Part shown: one piece after another, positions 55,190-64,000 of the stretch
How positions within the stretch are numbered: position 1 is the first letter of the stretch
Layout: each line of letters starts with the position of its first letter
Assembly (NCBI RefSeq): GCF_009914755.1
Contig: NC_060943.1
Length of the DNA stretch: 64,000 bases
From: the human T2T-CHM13v2.0 reference genome, Homo sapiens
Reading direction: 5' to 3' (one strand)
Position numbers and translations under genes: made by a program
Notes under the pieces: model-generated
What the model saw: only the letters and a program-made list of their open reading frames with translations
Told to the model about the DNA's origin: nothing
Databases searched by the model: none

Positions 55190-55670
55190 GAGGCAGAGCA
55201 GGTGTGCTAAGTGGGGCTTGGCCCATGAGGGTTCTTGGTTTTGCCCAGGAAAGAATTCAAGGGCTAGCCGGTGGTGAAAGAAAACAGCTTTGTTGAAGCA
55301 GCCCTGTTACAGCTCCAGCCCTGTTGCAGCTCCGTGACTGCTCCTGCAGAGCAGGGCTACCCCACAGGCAGAGAGTAGCAGCTCAGGGCAGTTTTGCAGT
55401 CATATTTTTGCCTACTTTTAATTGCACACAAATTAAGGGGCAGTTAACACAGAAATTTCTAAGGAAAGGGTAGTAACTTTTGGGTTGTCAGGTCATTGCC
55501 ATGGAAAGGGGTGGTAATGCCCAGGTGTTGCCATGGCCACAGTAAACATGGCACTCTGGCGGGCATGCTTTATGAAAAGCTGCTTCACCCTTTCCTTGTT
55601 TTAGCTAGTCCTCAATTTGGTCCAATGTCCAAACACCACCCCTGGGGTCAAGTCCCTCCTCCTACCTCCA
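55190..55670 (-). mobile_element. ERV1 solo LTR (MER66-like)
   Basis: TTTTAGCTAGTCCTCAATTTGGTCC, GTTGCCATGG X-box-like motifs, CTCCTGCAGAGCAGGGCTACCCC. Confidence 0.8.
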
Positions 55671-55695
55671 TAACCCCCATTCCACTTAGGTCTAA

Positions 55696-55996
<301 letters not shown>

Positions 55997-56157
55997 TAAA
56001 GTGCTGGGATTACAGGCGTGAGTCACTACATCCAGCCTGAGCAACACATTTCTAAGAAGGACATTAACTCAGCCGGGCGCAGTGGCTCACGCCTGTAATC
56101 CCAGCACTTTGGGAGGCTGAGGCAGGTGGACCACCTGAGGTCAGGAGTTCGAGATCA

Positions 56158-56389
<232 letters not shown>

Positions 56390-56638
56390 TCAAGCCCAGA
56401 AAAATTAACCAAAATGTTTTGGAGATTTAAGACTGTATAACAATAGTAATAGCCGTAATAATAGAGCAAATTAAATACCAGGCACTGTGCCAAGAAGGGG
56501 CCTGAGAGGGTTAAGGTCACTTTTCAAGGCCAATAGGTGGCAGGGAGTTTGAATCCAGGTCTTTCTGAGCCTAAAGTGCATGCTGTTTTCACTGACACAT
56601 GAGAAGGAAGTAAGAGAACACTGGCTGGGACAAGATAA

Positions 56639-56824
<186 letters not shown>

Positions 56825-57013
56825 TGAGCCACACAGGACAGAACAAAGACCACAGGTGGAAGAGGCACAGAGATACCTTTCAAATAGTTATGGCCATTTC
56901 AATGGAACTGACTATCTCAGCAAAGAAGTCACTCCCCAATTTCCAGGAATATTCAAGAAGGTAGCAAACATCTATCCTAGGACACTGAGGAAACTCACAC
57001 AAATGAGGGCTGA

Positions 57014-57368
<355 letters not shown>

Positions 57369-57431
57369 GATTCTCAGGTTCTTTAGGGGCACGACTTCTC
57401 TTACTAACCAGGAAAGTACAAAATGAAGTCA

Positions 57432-57739
<308 letters not shown>

Positions 57740-58914
57740 TCATGGGGTTATAAGAAGATCGATCACTGGACCTGGTCTAAGACTTTCAAAGTGAAGCTGT
57801 AGCTGCTCACTTACAAGCATTTGACCTTCATCAAGTTACCTGACATAGCAGCCCATTTCTTCACTGGGAAATCAGTCGATCACCTGTTCAACAAATATGT
57901 ATTCATTACCAACTCCAGGCCAGATACTTTTCTAGGGTCTAGGGATACAGAGCGTACAAAAGACAAGTATCTTCCCTGTTGGGACTTCCATTCTGGTAGG
58001 GGAACATAGTTTAAAAACAGGTAAACAAATAGATGAGCAAGGTGATTTCAGAGTGTGGCAAATGGAAAGTAGTTACAAAGGAACTGAAACAAGGTCATGG
58101 GAGAAACTATAAGGGGAGGTTGAGGAGGTTTAGAAGATCATTCTACTCTCTTGCTTCAAACCTTCACCTGGCTTCCAGAAGCTCTTAGAAGCTCATTCAA
58201 ACTCCTTTTAGTGACCTAAAATACTTTGCACGGTCGGTCTTTTCAGGCAGCTGCTAGCCCGATGAAAACCCTGCGTGTTTGCATAGAAGTCTATGGTTTC
58301 TTAACTCTCATGCACATGGTCTCCTTGATCCTAACAAACATTCCCCTTCAGGTCCCTTCAGGTAGGCACAGCTGCCAGAATGATATTCTTAAAATGGAAA
58401 TCAGATCATTCCAATATCTTGCTTCAAATCCTCGAATGACTTCTAGAGGCTCTTAGAATACAAATTCCTTTCTGTGACCTGGAAGCCCCTGTTCAGCTCC
58501 TCAACCTCATCTTCTTTCACTCTGTCCCCATTGATAGTATTCCAGCCCAGAGGTTCTCAATATGTGGCCTCTGAGCCAGCAGCTGCTGCATCACCTGGGA
58601 ACAAGCCACTTGACACATCGGCCTGTTTCTTCTTTTGGAAGTTGAATCTCCTAAGTTAGTGATGTTCAGCTGAGCCCTGAACAATGAAAGGGAGTTGACA
58701 TACAAAGGCCCGCAGGAACATTCTGGAAACAGAAATTGCTGATGCAAAGGCTCTGAGGAGAGAGAAAACCTTAGCATCTCTCAAGGCCAGAGAGAAGGCC
58801 AGTGAAGGGCTCAAACAGGGGTTTTAAATGTAAGCAAATATTGGAACTACCTGAAGCGTTTGCTGAACCATAGATGACTGTCCTCACTTCCCCAGGACTT
58901 CAGAATCAGTAGGG

Positions 58915-59297
58915 ATATTGGTCAGGGTTCTCCAGAAAACAGAACCGAGAGGACAGACAGATTACATAGACAGATAAGTAGATAGGTAGACAGATAATAG
59001 ATTAGAGAGATAGAGAAAGAGAGAGAGAGACAGAGACAGAGAGATAAAGATACACAGGTAGGTAGTAGGTAGACAGATAATAGATTAGATAGATAGATAG
59101 ATAGACAGATAGAGATAGATAGATATACACAGGTAGCTAGTAGGTAGACAGATAATAGATTAGATAGATAGATAGATATGCACAGGTAGGTAGTAGGTAG
59201 ACAGATAACAGAGTAGATAGATGATAGATAGACAGATAGATAGATAGATAGATAGATAGTTATACACAGGTAGGTAGTAGGTAGACAGATAATAGAT

Positions 59298-59346
<49 letters not shown>
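58915..59346 (+). repeat. MLT2 LTR start followed by a compound (GATA/GACA)n microsatellite with higher-order units
   Basis: GGTCAGGGTTCTCCAGAAAACAGAACC, then (AGAT)n runs separated by a recurring spacer. Confidence 0.93.
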
Positions 59347-61303
59347 GGGGGAAGGGTAGGAAGCCCTGATCTATTGCATTTGCAAATTTCTGTGGCACAT
59401 ACACTCCCACCAGGAATCACTGCTACCAATATGAAGATCTTGAACATGGGTTTGGCAAGAGATGCTAATAATGGGCTCTTATTATAATGTAATGAGCTCA
59501 GACATATCCCTGCATGCAACTCACAGTACATCTGCTCAAATGGCAGCCAGATCACATCTTCCTTGAGAAAACTTTCTCTTTCCCCACCAACGCTTCATGC
59601 AAGCCTCTTGCACAGTGCTTCCTATACAGTAAACACTAGTTAAATGTGGCTGGCTGGGCCTGCTCCAAAGCATCCGGGTGGCTGTATGATTGCACAGCTC
59701 CTCTGAACCCCCTGCCCCAAAGCAGGATGACAGATGGGTAAACAGAAATATTAGTGCCTGGTTAATGAATAACACAGACGGCAGCCTAGTGCCGCTACCA
59801 GGAAACAGGGGTGGAGGGATCTGACCTGGCCCAACCTGGGGGCCTGAGCAGCACGAAAAGGGAACCTGGCATTATTTCACTTCCCCTTTCTGGAAAAGAT
59901 GCTCCTGGGCCCCTTCCTCAGAACTTCTCATCAGTCCGCACAACCAGAGCTCAGGTGCAGTGTGGCTTGGTGATGAATACTATGGTTGGAAAAGGAGGGG
60001 TGGGGGCAGTGGGCATGGAGAGGGTCTGGAGGAAACACACAGCCATGATTCCAGCCTCACTCCCTTAAACGTCCTGCCTCTCAGCGCGGGGTCTGTGCTA
60101 GTTCTTCTTTTCGCCTTGCCCTGCCTCCTGTGGATAAGTGCTTTTGCCCCACTTTTTTTTTTCCTTTTCATTATTTATCTCTAATCACAGGAAATGAGGA
60201 CATTTCTCATCTACAAATTGCACATCCCATCAGGAAATTGGGCCAAAGATCTCTAAGCCTTCAGAAGCGGTCATCCAGTAACCCACTTGGCAAAGTTTCA
60301 AAGGTCTGGGAAAGTAGATGCGAGGTCAAGCAGTGCGGGAGGGGAGCCGACTCTGCAAACGCTGGCCACGGCCAGCTGGCCACCAGCAGCTTACCCGAGG
60401 AGGGGTTGTCCAAGCTACATACTAACCCCGGTTCCCTCTCCCCAAACATTGTCCTCTGCCATCTGTCAGTCCGAGCTACGACCAGCCTCAAGAAAACAGA
60501 GTTAGGAAAGTAAACACACTGCTCCCAAATCTAGCTATTTTAAATAAAAAGCTCACCCATGTGGGCTGCAGTTGAGAATTTCTAAAGTGCCATGGCAAAC
60601 ATTACACCATTTGAGTTTCCACGGCGTAGCCTTCATTCATCCGCCAACATTTATGGAGGCCTACCATGTGTCAGGCCCTGTTTTAGGTGCTAAGGATACA
60701 GCAGTGAACAAAAAGGGTAAGATTCCTGCCCTCAAGCAGCTCCCATTGCTGGGCAGACAGGGAGAGCAAGACCCATAAGCAGGATCCTTTGCACTGGTGC
60801 TACGTGCTGTGAAGACGATAGAACCGAGCTGGGATAGAACATGACTCCCAGGAAGGGAGTAGGTGGTTACTTTTGAACACACAGCTTGAGCTTGAGAAGG
60901 CCATGCAAAGGTGATATTTGAGCTGGGACTAGAATGGCAAGGAGGAATCTTGTATGCCAAGAACTGGGGGAATAATGTCCCAAGCAAGGGGCTCCAGGCC
61001 TGTGCGAGGCCTGAACAGGCTGAATTTGTGCCGGGAAAAGAAACGCCAGGGTGGCTGCAGCTTAGTGACAGCTGAAAAGCCAGCAAGTGTCAGATCCCAG
61101 GGAGTCTCAAAGGCTTTTAAGAAGCACAACAGGCCGGGCGCGGTGGCTCACGCCTGTAATCCCAGCACTTTGGGAGGCTGAGGCGGGCGGATCACGAGGT
61201 CAGGAGTTCAAGACCAGCCTGACCAACATGGTAAAACCCCGTCTCTACTAAAAATACAAAAAAATTAGCCAGGCGTGGTGGCACACACCTATAATCCCAG
61301 CTA

Positions 61304-61447
<144 letters not shown>

Positions 61448-62081
61448 CTACTTAACAACAAGAAAAGCTGAGGCTCAGCGATGCAAAGTGGCAAAGTGGC
61501 AAAGTGACACACGCAAGTCCTCAGTGAGATGGTGTTCTGGCCCCTCCTCCACGATTCCCGACTCCCTCTCAAAACCACAGGCACACTCTCTCTCAATCTT
61601 TACTTCACTGAGGAAGAGAAAAGAGGGCAGGAATCGTGACTCATGCGGTGTGCAGTTGTTTGGTATAGAAAGTTGGGGAGAGTGATGGAGACTGACCTCC
61701 ATCGAGGTTCTGAGAAAGGAAAGGCATCGGGGGTGGGGTAAGATGCCTGGTGCTGAGAGCAGAGTAGAGACCAGCAAGAAACCTGGCTTCTAGGAGGAGT
61801 CGTGGCTGGGGAGAAGAAGGGGCCTGGGCTCCAAGAAAGTGATGGGAGGCCAAGGAGTCACCAAGAGCCGTCCCATGTTGTCCCGGGTCCACTGGCCTGC
61901 AACAGAAATGAAGGTGTGAGGACAGAAGCATAGAGCTCGGGGGATGCGAGCAGGCCTCCAGCCTGCGTCCACTTCTCAACCCTGGCTGCGCTCCAAAGCC
62001 ACTGGAGGAGTTTCCAAAACTGCCGGTGTGTTTGGGCATTGTATTTTCTAAAGCTCTCCAGTTGCTTGTGAAGTAGAGTGA

Positions 62082-62444
<363 letters not shown>

Positions 62445-62667
62445 TGAATTCCTGACCTCAAGTGATCCACCCGCCTCAGCCTCCCAAAGTGCTGGGATTA
62501 CAGGCGTGAGCCACTGAGCCTGGCCTCTCACAAGATTTAAAAAAAAAAAAAGGCCAGGTGCAGTGGCTCACACCTGTAATCCTAACACCTTGGGAGGCCA
62601 AGGTAGAAGGATCACTTGAGACCAGGCGTTTGAGACCAGCCTGGGCAACAGAGTAAGACCCCATCTC

Positions 62668-62702
<35 letters not shown>

Positions 62703-64000
62703 ATGTAGTTGATTTTAAAAAAGAAAAAGAAAAAAATGAAATTATTAAATAAAATAAATTAGCCGGGCATGGTGGCACACACCTGTAGTCCCAGCTACTT
62801 GGGAGGCTGAGGAGGGAGGACTGTTGGAACCCAGGAGGTGGAGGCTGCAGTGAGCCACTGTACTCCAGCCTGAATGACAGAGTGAGACCCTGACCCAAAA
62901 AATATATAAGTAAGAAATAAAAGAAGAAAAAAATAGGGCTAACAGCACCTACATCATCATGTTATTATGAGGATGAAACGAATTTCATATTGTACCTCCA
63001 AAGCACTTAGAAAAGTGTCTCGCACTGGAGATGCCAAATACATGTTTAACCATGGAAATGTTTTAAAACTGTAATTCCATTCTTCTGCTCGAAGGCCTCC
63101 AGATACTTCTCATGATCCTCAGAGTAAAATCCCATGCCTTCCCCAAAGCCAGCAAGGCCCCTGATGCATCTAGCACTTGGCTCTCACCCAACCCAGCTCA
63201 TCCCTACTCCCTTCCTCCAAGCCCTCCTCCAGCTCCCTTCACTCTTCCTTTTTTGTTACCGACAGCTCACTAAGCTCCTTCTCCTTGTGGTTCCCTTTTC
63301 GTGGAGCCCTCGTTCCCCAGGTACTCATCCAGCTGAATTTCCCCTCTTTGAGGCTGCCTGTGACTCAAATTTTATTTCCTCAAAGGACTTCCCCCTCCAC
63401 CACTCCTAAGTGGCTTCCCTTTTGACACATTCACATAATACCTAGTTGCTGACTTCGCTGGGTGTATCATTAGCTGATAGCATCTATTTTTGTCTACTTG
63501 TTATTTTTATCCGTTAGACTTGCACATCCCTTAATGCATCAAATGGTTGACTGTGAAAAACAACTTCCTTCCCCTCTCTCTCCACCACAGTCACTTACCG
63601 CTTCCTGGAGGCAGCTGCTGCTACCTCTTGTCAGCAAAATATTTATCCCTCCATGCCTTTAAGGGGCTTGCTTATTTTACTGTATTTCTTCATTTCTCAA
63701 TATAAGGTTTCATCTGTTAAATTATTCTGTGGCAGATGAAGATTATGCTCTTATTCTTTTCCCAATATGTACAACACCCTTCCCGCCCTGTCTTCCCGAT
63801 CTGCTCCCATTGTCACTATGTTAGAAAATATTCAGTGTTTGCATAATCGTGACTACATCGATGTTAATGACATTGGAGCTCTGTAGTAAATAACAGCTCC
63901 TTTTTTTTTTTTTCTTGAGACAGAATCTCACTCTGTCACCCAGGCTGGAGTGCAGTGGCACGATCTCAGCTCACTGCAACTTCCACCTCCCAGGTTCAAG

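Noticed and set aside
58960-59346. Repeat-spacer pattern superficially like a CRISPR array
   Set aside because: Eukaryotic DNA; the spacers are GATA microsatellite runs and there are no cas genes.

Overview
Human-type (primate, very Alu-rich) genomic DNA containing one intact protein-coding gene, the short-chain fatty acid receptor FFAR2 (GPR43): a TATA/E-box promoter at ~48.95 kb, a predicted non-coding exon 1 ending in a GC donor, a single coding exon (CDS 50451-51443, 330 aa) and a poly(A) signal at 52481. This matches the FFAR cluster on 19q13.1. Most of the remainder is interspersed repeats (Alu, L1, L2, MIR, MaLR/ERV LTRs, hAT transposons), and nearly all ORFs in the track are Alu or simple-repeat artefacts. 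Main result: hidden among the repeats upstream of FFAR2 is a head-to-tail array of three decayed FFAR2 paralogues. Each has a recognisable copy of the FFAR2 promoter module (TATA-position elements at 7324, 18211 and 33432, versus 48963 in FFAR2) followed by a coding remnant (8452-9317 ECL2 to stop; ~22110-22400 TM1-ECL2; ~35125-35450 TM2-TM4). Other oddities are a 170-bp non-Alu inverted repeat, a 5'-inverted (twin-primed) Alu, an Alu with a 77-bp target duplication, an LTR fragment copied into an Alu, and several myeloid-type enhancer motif clusters. All alignments and identity counts were done by eye. Repeat family names come from recognition of consensus sequence, not from a RepeatMasker run.
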